Shown here: positions 32,979-46,100 of the stretch, one piece after another | Numbering within the stretch: the first letter of the stretch is position 1 | Layout of the letters: the number at the start of each line of letters is the position of its first letter | Notes under the pieces: generated by a model | The model's input: the letters and a program-made list of their open reading frames with translations, nothing else | What the model was told of the DNA's origin: nothing | Databases searched by the model: none | Assembly (NCBI GenBank): GCA_051362555.1 | Contig: CM120641.1 | Span: forward strand, 33,548,401-33,612,400 | DNA length: 64,000 nt | From: Lingula anatina | Lineage: Eukaryota; Animalia; Brachiopoda | Direction: 5' to 3' | Translations under genes and position numbers: made by a program

Positions 32979-35900
32979 ACTATAGGATCAGAGAGGCGAT
33001 ACCGCCTCCGGATATTGTACCACCAGCTGGAGAAAGCGCCACCACCACTACGACCTGTGCTGTGATTGAAAAAATTAACTAATTGCAATAAACCAGATCT
33101 TAAAATATGCCAATAGAAGCGAAAAACTGCACAACCTTTGTAAAAAATGGTTTAATCAACCGGTTTTGGAGATATAACGGGCAGAAAACTCAGTTCATGG
33201 TAAAAAATAGGTCAAAGGTCAATTTCAAGGTCATAGATTGTGAGTATATGACTTCCCATTCAGGTTCAATAGTAGCAATGGGCATATCTCTGCCAGTTTT
33301 GTAGATACAAGGGACAATAAATTTGCAAAGTTCAGTTTACAGTGAAAAGAAGGTCAAAGGTCAATTTCACGGTCACAATTTGATTGCCAGTATATGACTT
33401 CCTATTTGAGTTTAATAGTAACTATGGGCATATCTCTGCCAGTTTTAGAAATATAAGGGACTGAAATGTTGCAAAGTTCAGTTCATAGTGAAAAGTACGT
33501 CAAAGGTCAATTTCAAGGTCACAGTTAGATTGCAAGTTTATGACTTCCTATTCAAATCAGTAGAAACTAGTTTTCTGCTAGTTTTGAAGGTATAAGGGAT
33601 TAACAAGGCAGCAAAGCTGTCAAATGTACAGATAAAAAGCAGGAAATAACTATGCACAAAATAGGCTACTGTCAATTCTGATACAAAAGTACATTATGTT
33701 AAACTGCAAATTCAACATCAAATTTTAATTATGCTCAACAGGTAATACCAATGTAAGTAAAATGTGTAACAAGCATAAGGCTTCAGGCCCATGGCATTTC
33801 AAGTTCACACTTTGAAAATGTATAACTTCCAGAAAAAGAGGCCGATTAGACTGCTTTTCCAACTCAGGCTGCACTTTAGTCCTGTATTTCTTTTTTGAAC
33901 ATTTGGCAATCATCACTAACATGGTTTTCCCATAATGGTCATCATGGCAGCAGCACCCAAAATTGTGTTTTCTTCTATTTTGATGCCATATTACATAATG
34001 GTTAACAGCATAATGACCGTCAATATTTAATAATAAAATATACGTATCATGGATTTTCAGAAAATGTGACTAGCATGGGTCTTCAAGCCCGTGGAACTTC
34101 GAAGTCACACTTTAAAAATGCCAATATGTGAAAAATTAAATTTTCACAAAAAAACTGTTTAACTGGCAGTAAGAATTACCAAACAGACTGCATTGCCTAC
34201 TGAAGCTGTATTTTAGTCCCATGTTTCTTTCCTGTAAGTTTGAGAACAGTAAGTGACATGGCTTTTCTTAAACGGTCATCATGGGAGCAGTGCCCAAAAT
34301 AGTTTTTTTTTTTCAAATTTTGATGCAATATTACATAATGTTTAACAGCATAATGACCATCAATTTTTAATAATAAAATATTAGTATTATGGATATTCAG
34401 AAAATGTGACTAGCAAAGGTCTTCAGGCCCATGGAACTTCAAAGTCACAACTTGAAAATGCCAAAATGTAAACAAGACAGCACTGTTCTGAAATAATTTT
34501 TTTCCATTTTTAACCATTTTTAACATAAAACAAAATTAACAGTTTACTGCCGTTTTTAAATGATCAACTAAGAAAATTGATGAGATGGGAAAATATCAAT
34601 AGAGCAGTGTTAAATGTCCAATTTCTTCCATTCTGAGATTCTGAACATAGTGAATGATTGAATCTGACAAACTGCAATGATATGAGTTTATTTCCATTTT
34701 TGAAACTTTATTACACAATACACGATAACAAGTTTAACATCATTTTTACATAATCAACTAATAATGTTGTAAAGATGCAGGAAATGCCAAACAAACACTT
34801 TTAAGTATCTTATTAATTAAATAATGAAACTGTTAACATGCCTAAAAATTGAATCTGAGGAAATGTGAAACAAGACAGCACTATTCTGAAATGGGTTATT
34901 TCCATTTTTAACACTTTTTTAACATAAAACAAAATTAACAGTTTACTGCCATTTTTATATGATCAACTAAGAAAATTGATGAGATGGGAAAAATATCAAT
35001 AGAATAGTGTTAAATGTCCAATTTCCTCCATTCTGAGATTATGAACAGTGAATGATTGAATCTGACAAACTGCAATGATATGAGTTCATTTCCATTTTTG
35101 ACACTTTATTACACAATACACGATAACAAGTTTACCATCATTTTTACATAATCAACTAACAATGTTGTAAAGATTCAGGAAATGTCAAACAAACACTTTT
35201 ACGTATCTTATTAGTTCAATAACGAGACTGTTAACAAGCCTAAGAGTTGAATCTGAGGAAATGTGAAAAAACAGCATAACTTCTAAAATAATGCCCCGAT
35301 TATGCTGATTTTCGAACTCAACCTGCGTTTTAGTAAGATTGACCACTCCTGTGAGTTTCATGACAACAGGCCTAACGGTTTTCCTTAAAATGTGTTTACA
35401 GGTTTGCATATATGCTGAAAAGTGAAAAAACAGCATAACTTCTACAATAATGGCCCGATCATGCTGATTTTCGAACTTGACCTGCGTTTTATGAATATTC
35501 ATCAGCTCTGTAAATATAAAGCCCAAAAGTAAAACTGTCCTCCACTAATGGTGTTTACAAGGAAAGTGCACGGCGCCGGCGACGGCATCGGCGATGGCGA
35601 CGACAGACGCAGGTGATGGCAATATGTACAGACACATCTGTGTCTGTACATAAAAACAGCATAAATTCCCTAAAAATGACCCAATCATGCTGATTTTCAA
35701 ACTTGACCTGCGTATTATGAATATTCATCAGTTCTGCATGTTTCAAGCCAAAAGGTAAAATGGTTTTCCACTTATTGTGTTATCGGTGCTGCATATATGC
35801 TGAAAAAAGTGAAAAAACAGCATAAATTCCCTAAAAGTGACCCGATCATGCTGATTTTCGAACTTGACCTGCATATTATGAATATTCATCAGTTTTGTTA

Positions 35901-36220
35901 GTTTCAAACCAAAAGAAAAAACAGTTTTCCACTTATCGTGTTATCAGTAAAAGTGCACGGCGATGGCGACGACAGATGCAGATGATGGCTATATGTACAG
36001 ACACATCTGTTTCTGTACATACAAAAAAACAAAAAAAAAAACAGGGGGTTCAAGTTGAGATTATATGTGACCTAAATCCAAGAGATGGGGACACGGGTAC
36101 TTGCAGTCTAGGAGGAGAAGCGGTAATGGTGACTTGTATCCGGTGCCAGAACGCGGAGCCGTACAAGACGGATCAGTACTAAAACCATGAGTATCGCCAG
36201 CCTACACGCTGGTGGTACTA
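32979..36220 (-). mobile_element. HINE family A copy hosting a family B copy
   Basis: Same termini as 15491-18385 (GGATCAGAGAGGCGATACCGCCTCC...TGTACCACCAGC; GTATCGCCAGC-CTACAC-GCTGGTGGTAC). About 3 diverged 146-bp monomers at 33185-33600. The flanks rejoin to TATTTCAAATTATTGTC, seen empty at 36340 and 43971. Confidence 0.85.
33602..36021 (-). mobile_element. HINE family B copy nested in family A
   Basis: Starts AACAAGGCAGCAAAGCTGTCAAATGTACAGA. Ends in the hairpin ATGTACAGACAC-ATCT-GTGTCTGTACAT, present twice (~35625 and ~35995). (GGCGAC)n microsatellite; ~160-bp and ~340-bp internal repeats. Confidence 0.85.
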
Positions 36221-37245
36221 ATTATTGTCGCTCAGCCTGACCAAATGCTACCATTATGCTTCATATAGTATACCTTGAAAAAATATCACATAATTTAGTT
36301 ACATTATTTCCTGAAAAGTTACATTTGCACATGAGCTTTTATTTCAAATTATTGTCACTCAGCCTGACCAAATGCTACCATTATGCTTCAAATAGTATAA
36401 CTTGAAAAAAACATCACATAATTTAGTTACATTATTTCTTGAAAAGTTACATTTGCACATGCATTTCCTGCATACTTTTTTCTTTTTTGGACAGGAGGGG
36501 ATAGAAATAGGTCAAAGTAACAACCAGAAATTTAAAGAAGGTACAATTTTAAAGTTTATTTCTATTACCAAGAGAATCAATCCGTTCCCTTTCAGCTAGC
36601 TCTAGATTTGTACCACTCCTTCCCTTGTATCTGAAAATCAATAGACAAACAATAATAAAATATCAAACAAAAGTAACTGAATGCAATTTAAACAAGGCAG
36701 CAAAGCTGGCAAATGTACAGACAAAAAACAGAAAATAAAGATGCAAAAAAGGTCATTTTGTCAATTTTGATGCAATAATAAATAATGCTTATAATAGCAC
36801 TGTCAGTCAACACTGAATTTTAATCTTGCACAACAGGTAACATGGTCAATAACAGGAGCAGACCCAGAGATATTTTCTGACAGTATTACAAAGTATCTAT
36901 GTTGATCCATCCTCCATTTTGATGGTCTTCCAACAGAAAAAATAGATACCAGTCAATATAAACTTAATAACCTGTCTTCCGGAAGACCCAGAAGATGGTC
37001 TCAATCCACCCCTTCAATAAGATTACAGTTTCAGGACCATGAGAGTTCAAATTCACATTATGAAAGTCTCAATATTTGAAAAATGATGACAGTGCATAAA
37101 ATAATATTACATAATGTTTAAAGACATAAAAAACAATACAACTGCTTATGTGTTTATACAGAAAATATGCAGAGCCCCAGGCAGATGAGAGTTAAAAGTC
37201 ACAAATGCAAGTGTTTGAGAAAAAATTATAAAGGAAAACAACAAA

Positions 37246-37480
37246 ACTAGAAAAGCACTTTGAGAGTGCAGACCTCTGCCAAGGCAGCAATTGTTGATTA
37301 TTATTGATAATTGATTGATTATTGATCCGGACCACCACCAAAAATTAATCATTGTCCTCTTTGGCCCACTTCCGACAGTTCCTGAAAATTTCTGCAAAAT
37401 CGGTCCATAACTTTTTGTGTTATGTGGATGACAGACAAACAGGGGTGAAAATATAACCCCCTTGGCAGAGCTTGAGGTAA
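37246..37480 (-). mobile_element. Short HINE-like element (family C)
   Basis: ACTAG end, hairpin GCACTT-TG-AGAGTGC, subTIR CTCTGCCAAGG / CCTTGGCAGAG, ACAGACAAAC microsatellite. Absent at the equivalent position (~57020) of another family B copy. Confidence 0.7.
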
Positions 37481-37526
37481 ATATAATTCCAATGAAGATG
37501 CTATTCAAACTTTTAATCTTCCAGTT

Positions 37527-37528
<2 letters not shown>

Positions 37529-37584
<56 letters not shown>
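37529..37584. repeat. (TA)n microsatellite
   Basis: Read directly. Similar (TA)n runs at 25170-25203 and 62537-62575. Confidence 0.95.
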
Positions 37585-37586
<2 letters not shown>

Positions 37587-38511
37587 CTTATTTGCAATAT
37601 TAAACAAAATTTACCTGCATAATTATCACTGCTTCCTTATTATTAATCTAGCAGAGGGCTTTACCTTTGGGAGTTTACAGGGAAATATCAATAAGTGTGC
37701 TTTACGTAATCTCATTTAATGGCCTATTAAAGCAAATGACTTTATAACTCTGAAATTGATCTACTGATACCCAAGGGTAATTTACAGACTGACCCACTCA
37801 AAGGTCTTCAGGCCCATAAGTCACACCTTAAGAAAAGCACAAAACCATAATGCCCGAAATAGGAGACTACCAATCCTGATGCAATAATACATTATGTTTA
37901 ACTGCACAGTCAACATCAACTTATGCACAACAGGTAACACAGACGAAAGTAAAAGCATAAGGCTCCAGGCCCATCAGAGTTCAAGTTTATACTTAGAAAG
38001 TGCCAGAATGAGAAAAATGAAAATTTCACAAAAAATGCATAAATACAATAAACATGATAATCCAATAGATCTGGTTTTCTCATGAGCTGAAGGCCAATCC
38101 TAAAAATCGTACTTGTAAGTTTAAAATTATAATAAGTAGCACAGTTTTTTTTTCATAATGTTTGCAGTAGCAGTGCAAAAAGATTGTTGTCAATTTTGAT
38201 GTAACATTACATAATAAATTAGAGAATAATTATCACCAATTTTTGTTTATTGACTATAAATAGGATGGACATGTAGAAAATATGATTATCATTTGGCTTC
38301 ATGTCCATGGGAGCTCCGAGTCCCACAATGAATATGCCAAAAAGATAATGAATATTACACTAAAATGTATAACTTCCAGAAAAAGAAGCCAATTAGACTG
38401 CTTTTCTAACTCAGGCTGCATTTTAGTCCTGTGTTTCTTTTTTGAAAGTTTGACAGTCATAAGTAACACGGTTTTCCCATAATGGTCATCAAGGCAGCAG
38501 CACCAAAAATT

Positions 38512-38725
38512 GGGTCTATTCCCACAACTTTAGATCGATCTATCACCGCGGGGAGTCCCACTAGATTACTGTCAGATAATCCCCCTTAAGTGTCCGTCCC
38601 CGCCTACTACAAGCTGTAATGGGTAATTAACTTTCGTGTCCGCCCGGCTGACAGCTATTTAGCGTGAACCCCCAGGGAGTTAGGTCGATCTAAAGTAGGT
38701 CGATCTAATCTATGGAAATGGGGTG
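38512..38725. mobile_element. MITE-like insertion in family B
   Basis: Interrupts AAAATTGTGTTTTC (intact at ~33960 and ~45250) with ATT(G) duplicated. Inverted ACTTTAGATCGA / TCGATCTAAAGT. Confidence 0.7.
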
Positions 38726-39586
38726 ATTGTGTTTTCTTTTATTTTGATGCAACATTACATAATGCTTAACAGCATAATGATCATCGATTTTTAATAATAA
38801 AATATAAGTGTCATGGATTTTCACAAAATGTGACTAGCATGGGTCTTCAAGCCCGTGGAGGTTCGAAGTCACACCTTGGAAATGCCAATATGTGAAAAAT
38901 TAAATTTTCACAAAAAACTGTTTAATTGCCAGAAAAATTTACCAAACAGACTGCATTGCCTACTGAAGCTGTATTTCAGTCCCATGTTTCTTTCCTGTAA
39001 GTTTGAGAACAGTAAGTGACATGATTTTCCTTAAATGGTCATCATGGGAGCAGTGCCCAAAATAGGGGTTTCTTCAAATTTTGATGCAATATTACATAAT
39101 GTTTTACAGCATAATGACCATCAATTTTTAATTATAAAATATTAGTATCATGGTTATTCAGAAAATGTAACTAGCAAAAGTCTTCAGGCCCATGGAACTT
39201 CAAAGTCACATATTGAAAATGCCAAAATGTAAACAAGACAGCACTGTTCTGAAATGGGTTTATTTCCATTTTTAACACTTTTTTTACATAAAACAAAATA
39301 AACAGTTTACTGCCATTTTTATATGACCAATGAAGAAAATTGATGAGATGGGAAAAGTATCAATAGAACAGTGTTAAATGTCCAACTTCCTCCATTCTGA
39401 GATTCTGAACATAGTGGATGAATGCATCTGACAAACTGCAATGATATGAGTTTATTTCCATTTTTGACACTTTATTACACAATACATGATAACAAGTTTA
39501 CCATCATTTTTACAAAATCAACTAACAATGTTGTAAAGATGTAGGAAATGTCAAACAAACACTTTTACGTATCTTATTAGTTCAAT

Positions 39587-42500
39587 AAGCTTTCAGATGA
39601 AAATTTTATAACAACAGTAGAGAGCTATGACATATTCATTTGTATTGAAACATTTACCACCCTAAGATCCAAGGTGGTTTTACCCACAAACTCTCATGGT
39701 CATTTTCTTAGAATGCGAAAAAAGAAGAAAAATAAAGGTAGGCCCTCGGGAGGGATAGTGATCTATTACAAAAAGGAGTTTGGTGGGGCAATTAAAGCAC
39801 ATGAAAGCAAAAGTGAAAACTTACTATGGATAGAACTACAGGGCACTCATTTTGGCTTAGAAAGGGACCTCTTCATTTGTGCTGCTTATATTAAACCAAA
39901 CAATGGTCCAAATGATGAACAGACTTTTGAGTTCTTAGAAAATGAAATAGCTCACTACCAACAGTATGGTGAAATTTGCATTTTAGGTGATTTTAACGCA
40001 CGCACTGGTACATTGCCTGATGTTACCAGTAATGATAACGCCAAAGGTCCACTCTTACAGAATACCTGTAGACCAGACTTTACACCAAAGAGTAGAAATA
40101 ATCTCGACCCTATAGTTAACTCGCAAGGTCGAAGTTTGATTGAGCTGTGCATAAGTAGCAGTCTCAGCATTGTTAATGGTAGGACACTTGGCAACTCCTT
40201 AGGTTATTTTACTTGTTACAACAGACATGGATGTAGCACGGTAGATTATGTTATTGTTGGTGATGTTCTCTTTAACAAAGTAAGATATTGCACAGTTCAC
40301 CCAATAGACTACATCTCTGATCATTGTCTGATAGACCTGTCAATCCAAGGCACAGGAATCAAGAATGTAAATACTTTGACACCCATTCTCAAGGCTAGTG
40401 AGCAATACATATGGAAAAATGATTCTGCTGAAAAATTTCTTGAAGCCCTTGAAAAAGATGAAACTATTCTGGCTTTAAGCAAACTGCAACATTCTAATTA
40501 TCCGGCCACCAAAGAAGGGGTTAATGCAGCATGTAAGACGCTCTCAGACCTACTCGAGAATACAGCTAATGAATCATTAGTTCAGCGAAAACACCCTGTA
40601 ACAAAAAAGAAAAACAAACCAGTAAGAGCGAAGAAACAGCCATGGTTTAATGCAACATGTGCAGAAGTCAGACGTGAAATAAAACGCTTGGGGAAGCTGT
40701 TACAGAATAACCCACAGAACACATTTATATCGCATACATATCATGAAGCTGTTAAAAAATACAAAAAACTAATTAAAAACAAAAAGCAAGAATTCAAAGA
40801 TTCACTTTTAGAAAAACTCCTTGACAATGAAAATAAGGACCCTAAAGAATTCTGGAAAACTATCAAAAAACTGAAAGAAAATAAAGATTCTGGCAATCTG
40901 ATAAGTCCAGATGTATGGTTACAACACTTTAATCAATTATGTGGAATGACACCAACTGGGGATCATGAAATAGATACTGAAATCAAACAAAAGGAAAATG
41001 TACCTGGTAATACATACTTGGACAAACCGATAACAATATCTGAAGTAAAAAAGGCACTGAAAGCCCTAAAAAATGGAAAGGCACCAGGTCAGGACAAAAT
41101 TAAAAATGAAATGCTCAAAACTAGCGCTCCATATATAATAGGATCACTCACCAAGATTTTTAATCTAGTCCTTAACACTTCAGAAATGCCAGACTCTTGG
41201 AACTTAGGTATTATTATTCCTCTATACAAATCAGGGGATCGTATGAACCCAACAAATTATAGGGGGCTTTGCATAACTAGCTGCCTTGGAAAACTTTTTA
41301 ATTCAATTATGGCTGGCAGACTCAATGATTTCCTAGATACTAACGGCAAACTCAGTAATGAACAGGCAGGCTTTAGACCAGGTTTTCGTACTACTGATCA
41401 CATTTTTACATTGAAATCACTAATAAATCAATATGTTAACCAAAATAAACGCATTTATGCATGTTTCATCGATCTCAAAAAAGCATTCGATTCAGTTTGG
41501 CACAAGGGTCTCTTATTAAAGTTGCTTAATTTGGGAATCTGTGGAAAATATTATAGAGTTGTAAAATCAATGTACCAAAACACAAAACTAGGAATTTCTG
41601 TTCAAGGTGGCTATACAGAGCCATTCACCTCACGAATTGGTATTCGACAAGGGGATAACCTCAGCCCTGTTCTTTTTAATATCTTCATCGATGATATCAG
41701 AGAAAGCCTACAGTGTAGAAACAATACAGGAAAAGTGAACAGTTTATGTCACATATTATATGCCGATGACCTTATATTACTGTCATCGTCTAGTGAAGGT
41801 CTTCAAAGATTACTTAACAAACTGGAAAATTATTGCACAAAATGGAAATTGACTGTTAATGATAAAAAATCCAAAGTTGTGATATTTGAGAAAAATGGTA
41901 AAAAGCATTCCCATCTTAATTTTCACATAAATGGTCACCCCGTTGACATAGTAAAAGAATATAATTACTTGGGTATTACATTTACAAGCACAGGGTCATT
42001 GAAACAAGCTATGAATAATTTGAAATTAAAAGCCCTGAAAGCTTTATTTTCTCTCAAAGCAACATTGAAATCCCAAAATATATCAAACCCCATACTGACT
42101 ATGAGGCTTTTTGATAAAATGATAAAGCCAATCCTAACATATGGTTGCGAGGTATGGTCTGAGGAACTATTTAAGCAAAAGAAAATATCACTCAATTTCC
42201 TAAACAAATTACCATTTGAACAAATTCATCTTAAAGCATGCAAATGGGCATTAGGTGTGAAAAGATCTACAAATAATAGTGCAAGTCGAGCAGAATTGGG
42301 TAGATACCCCATATACTGTGATGTTGTTAAACAAACACAAAATTTTGCAAAAAGACTGGACAATTTACCAGACACGAGAATTGTTAAACAGGTATACAAT
42401 CAACAGAAAAATGACAAAATACCCGGCTGGTCCTCAGCCACGAAAACAATGCTTGAAACTTGGAAAATTACTAACCATTTCGGGAACATGCCACAAACAT

Positions 42501-42979
42501 TTCACGGCTATCCTGATTTAGATCAAGAAATAATAAAGAAAGTTGAATGTCTCTTCTGGGAGGAATTACACACTGATAAATTCAGTAAACTAAGAACCTA
42601 CAAAGCCCTAAAAAACTCGTACAATGGCGAAAAATACCTGCAACTCAACATTCCAGCCCATTACAAAATAGCAATATCAAAACTCAGGCTTAGTGACCAC
42701 AATTTACAAATTGAAAGAGGGAGACATACATATCCTAAAACACCAATGGAAGAAAGATTTTGTCCACACTGCAAAAATGTTATCGAAGACGAAAAGCATT
42801 TTCTCCTGATCTGCACTCAGTATCAACGTGAGCGTAAAAGAATGTTTGATTCCCTGCCACAATTCTCTGGTCTATCAGGCACTGATGACGATAGCAAAAT
42901 AATACAGATTCTCAATCCACAGTGTCGTGCAAGTGCATCAGCAGTGGCCAAGTTTATACAGTCAGTTATGCCTAAGTAG
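39587..42979 (+). CDS. LINE ORF2: APE endonuclease (N-terminally truncated), reverse transcriptase, C-terminal Cys/His finger
   Basis: The frame stays open upstream of the tracked GTG (KLSDENFITTVESYDIFICIETF). Motifs GDFNAR, VDY, SDH, KAPGQD, NYRGL, QAGFR, FIDLKKAFDSV, GIRQGD, LYADD, YLG, CPHC..EDEKHFLLIC. Confidence 0.95.
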   Translation, partial: KLSDENFITTVESYDIFICIETFTTLRSKVVLPTNSHGHFLRMRKKKKNKGRPSGGIVIYYKKEFGGAIKAHESKSENLLWIELQGTHFGLERDLFICAAYIKPNNGPNDEQTFEFLENEIAHYQQYGEICILGDFNARTGTLPDVTSNDNAKGPLLQNTCRPDFTPKSRNNLDPIVNSQGRSLIELCISSSLSIVNGRTLGNSLGYFTCYNRHGCSTVDYVIVGDVLFNKVRYCTVHPIDYISDHCLIDLSIQGTGIKNVNTLTPILKASEQYIWKNDSAEKFLEALEKDETILALSKLQHSNYPATKEGVNAACKTLSDLLENTANESLVQRKHPVTKKKNKPVRAKKQPWFNATCAEVRREIKRLGKLLQNNPQNTFISHTYHEAVKKYKKLIKNKKQEFKDSLLEKLLDNENKDPKEFWKTIKKLKENKDSGNLISPDVWLQHFNQLCGMTPTGDHEIDTEIKQKENVPGNTYLDKPITISEVKKALKALKNGKAPGQDKIKNEMLKTSAPYIIGSLTKIFNLVLNTSEMPDSWNLGIIIPLYKSGDRMNPTNYRGLCITSCLGKLFNSIMAGRLNDFLDTNGKLSNEQAGFRPGFRTTDHIFTLKSLINQYVNQNKRIYACFIDLKKAFDSVWHKGLLLKLLNLGICGKYYRVVKSMYQNTKLGISVQGGYTEPFTSRIGIRQGDNLSPVLFNIFIDDIRESLQCRNNTGKVNSLCHILYADDLILLSSSSEGLQRLLNKLENYCTKWKLTVNDKKSKVVIFEKNGKKHSHLNFHINGHPVDIVKEYNYLGITFTSTGSLKQAMNNLKLKALKALFSLKATLKSQNISNPILTMRLFDKMIKPILTYGCEVWSEELFKQKKISLNFLNKLPFEQIHLKACKWALGVKRSTNNSASRAELGRYPIYCDVVKQTQNFAKRLDNLPDTRIVKQVYNQQKNDKIPGWSSATKTMLETWKITNHFGNMPQTFHGYPDLDQEIIKKVECLFWEELHTDKFSKLRTYKALKNSYNGEKYLQLNIPAHYKIAISKLRLSDHNLQIERGRHTYPKTPMEERFCPHCKNVIEDEKHFLLICTQYQRERKRMFDSLPQFSGLSGTDDDSKIIQILNPQCRASASAVAKFIQSVMPK

Positions 42980-43186
42980 CAAAGGCATATTGTACAAAAT
43001 ACTATATTCAGTATTATTATATTGTGAATGAAGTAGTTAGCTTACATGTATTTTGGCAATGGAATGATCTAAAGAAGTTATACTTATTTAAGTGTATACA
43101 ATTACAATTTATGTAAAACTGTAGTTTAGAGAGCTTGTAAAATGTAAATGTACACATTTTAATGCTCAATAAATTATTATTATTAT
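39589..43186 (+). mobile_element. 5'-truncated non-LTR retrotransposon (RTEX-like; clade tentative)
   Basis: Ends AATAAA-(TTA)n. Apparent ATAA duplication at 39585-39588 and 43187-43190. The host sequence TTAGTTCAATAACGAGACTGTT is intact at ~35212. Confidence 0.92.
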
Positions 43187-46100
43187 ATAATGAGACTGTT
43201 AACATGCCTAAGAATTGAATCTGAGGAAATGTGAAAAAACAGCATAACTTCTAAAATAATGGACTGATTATGCTGCTTTTCAAACTCAACCTGTGTTTTA
43301 GTAAGATTGGCCCCTCCTGTGAGTATAATGACAATTGGCCAATCTGTTTTTCTTATATTGTGTTATCAGTGTTGCATATATACTGAAAAAAGTGAAAAAA
43401 CAGCATAAATTCCCTATAAGTGACCCGATCGTGCTGATTTTCGAACTTGACCTGCGTATAATGAATATTCATCAGTTCTGTAAGTTACAAGCCAAAAGGT
43501 AAAATGGTTTTCCACTTATCGTGTTATCGGTGCTGCATATATGCTGAAAAAAGAGAAAAAATAGTCTAAATTCACTAAAAATGACCCAATCATGCTGATT
43601 TTCGAACTTGACCTGCGTATTATGAATATTCATCAGTTCTGCATGTTTCAAGCCAAAAGGTAAAATGGTTTTCCACTTATTGTGTTTTCGGTGCTGCATA
43701 TATGCTGAAAAAAGTGAAAAAACAGCATAAATTCCCTATAAGTGACCCGATCATGCTGATTTTCGAACTCGACCTGCGTATTATGAATATTCATCAGTTC
43801 TGTAAGTTTCAAACAAAAAGAAAAAACAGTTTTCCACTTATCGTGTTATCGGTAAAAGTGCACGGCGACGGCGACGACGGCAACGACGGCGACGACAGAC
43901 GCAGATGACGGCTATATGTACAGACACATCTGTGTCTGTACATAAAAATGATAAATACAAGATGACTTTATATTTCAAATTATTGTCACTCAGTATGACC
44001 AAATGCCAACATTATGCTTCGAATAGTATATCTTGATGGAACATCACAGAATTTTATTGCATTATTTCCTTATAAATTATATTTGCACATGTAGTTCCTG
44101 TATACCTTTTTGTTTTATGGATGGTAGTGGGAATAAATAGGTCAAAGTAACAACCAGAAATTTAAAAAAGGTACAATTTTAAAGCCTATTTCTACCATCA
44201 GGAGATTTATTCCACTTTTTACTTTTTTGTGGCATGTGAATGTTACATGTTGTGTTAGGTTCTTTAACTACTATATATGTTACATAGTACTTACAGTAAT
44301 AACTTCCATGTTTTCTCCTGCGTCTTGTACAATATACAATAATAATACTAATGATAAAAATAAAAACAACGGGAAAAACCACTGCAAGAATTAAGCCCAA
44401 AGAATCACCGTGGTCCTGAGGTGCTAAAAAAGAAAAGAACATGAATTCAATAAAATACTATGCACCATGTGTGTATGTTCACTTATTTGTATTAACTCAA
44501 TAATTTTTTCTTTTTTTTGGGGGGGGGGGGGTCTATTTGATAACAAGGCAGCAAAGCTGTCAAATGTACAGACAAAAATATGCTACTGTCAATTCTGATG
44601 CAAAAATACATTATGCTTAACTGCAAATTCAACATCAAATTTTAATTATGCTTAACAGGTATTACCAATGTAAGTAAAATGTGTAACAAGCATAGGGCTT
44701 CAGGCCCATGGGAGTTCAAGTTCACACTTTGAAAATGCCAGAATGAGAAAAATGAAAATTTCACACAAAATTGCATAAATTCAATAATAAATGATTACCC
44801 AATTGAGCTAGCTTTTTAATTTGAACTGTATGCCAATCCTAAATTCATACTTGTAAGTTAAAAATAATAATAAGTAACACAGTTTTCTTTTCATGTTTGT
44901 AGTAGCAGTGCAAAAAGATTTTTGTAATTTTTGAAGTAACATTACATAATAAATTACAGAATAATTATCACACATTTTTTTTATTATTGACTATAAATAG
45001 GATGGACATGTAGAAAATTTGATTACCATTCGGCTTCATATCCAAGGGAGCTCCGAGTCCAACAATGAATATGCCAACACAATAAAAATGAATATTTCAC
45101 TAAAATGTATAACTTCCAGAAAAAGAAGCCAATTAGACTGCTTTTCCAACTCAGGCTGCATTTTAGTCCTGTGTTTCTGTTTTGAAAGTTTGACAATCAT
45201 TAGTAACATGGTTTTCCCATAATGGTCATCATGGCAGCAGAACCCAAAATTGTGTTTTCTTCTATTTTAATGCAATATTACATAATGCTTACCAGCATAA
45301 TGACCATCAATTTTTAATAATAAAATATACATATAATGGATTCTCAGAAAATGTGACTAGCTTGGGTCTTCAAGTCCGTGGAGGTTCTAAGTAACACCTT
45401 GAAAATGCCAATATGTGAAAAATTAAATTTTCACAAAAAACTGTTTAACTGCCAGAAAAATTTACCAAACAGACTGCATTGCCTACTTAAGCTGTATTTT
45501 AGTGCCATGTTTCTTTCCAGTAAGTTTGAGAACAGTAAGTGACACGGTTTTCCTTAAATGGTCATCATGGGAGCAGTGTCCAAATTAAGGGTTTCTTTAA
45601 ATTTTGATGCAACATTACATAATGTTTAACAGCATAATTGCCATCAATTTTTTACAATAAAATATTAGTATCATGGATTTTCAGAAAATTTGACTAGCAT
45701 GGGTCTTCAAGCCCGTGGAGGTTCTAAGTCACACCTTGAAAATGCCAATATGTGAAAAATTAAATTTTCACAAATACTGTTTAACTACCAGAAAAATTTA
45801 CCAAACAGACTGCATTGCCTACTGAAGCTGTATTTTAGTCCCATGTTTCTTTCCTGTAAGTTTGAGAACAGTAAGGTGGTATGTAGGTGCTATGTGAGGA
45901 GGAGACGTGGGTATGTTGCTCTCGGAATTTGATGCTATTTTGGCAACTTCAAGACAATGCAGGCTATTGATTTGTGGGAGACACCTTCGTAAGTTGGTCG
46001 GGGTCGGTTCACAGTTTTCGGCGTGACTATTCGAAGTATTGCCGACGAGATATTTGAAAAACAAATTCGTATATATATTCGGACTTGGTAAGATAACGGC

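Larger units (their letters stand above)
36691..43944 (-). mobile_element. HINE family B copy hosting a small HINE, a MITE and a LINE
   Basis: Family B termini at 36691 and 43915-43943. 160-bp monomers at 43422, 43582 and 43743. The flanks rejoin to match the paralogous empty sequence at 32935-32978. Confidence 0.85.
32773..44423 (-). pseudogene. Fragments of an unidentified single-pass membrane protein gene, possibly degenerate
   Basis: Exon 44423-44295 (or to 44196) encodes a TM segment plus basic stop-transfer, LGLILAVVFPVVFIFIISIIIVYCTRRRRK, with AG/GT boundaries. Paralogous downstream exons at 36630-36569 (62 nt, one base short) and 32882-32773 (DTWEESGTNEELEGINTNSSTVNETEAIQVIDDLYM*). 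Upstream exons not identified. Confidence 0.4.

Noticed and set aside
39674-39676. GTG start of the 1101-aa ORF
   Set aside because: The frame is open upstream to the insertion junction and encodes endonuclease motifs; the true start was lost by 5' truncation.
44272-44294. Apparent GTAAGT...TATAG micro-intron of about 23-24 nt
   Set aside because: Too short for typical metazoan splicing; the frame is open through it, so alternative donors (44294 or 44195) are the simpler reading.
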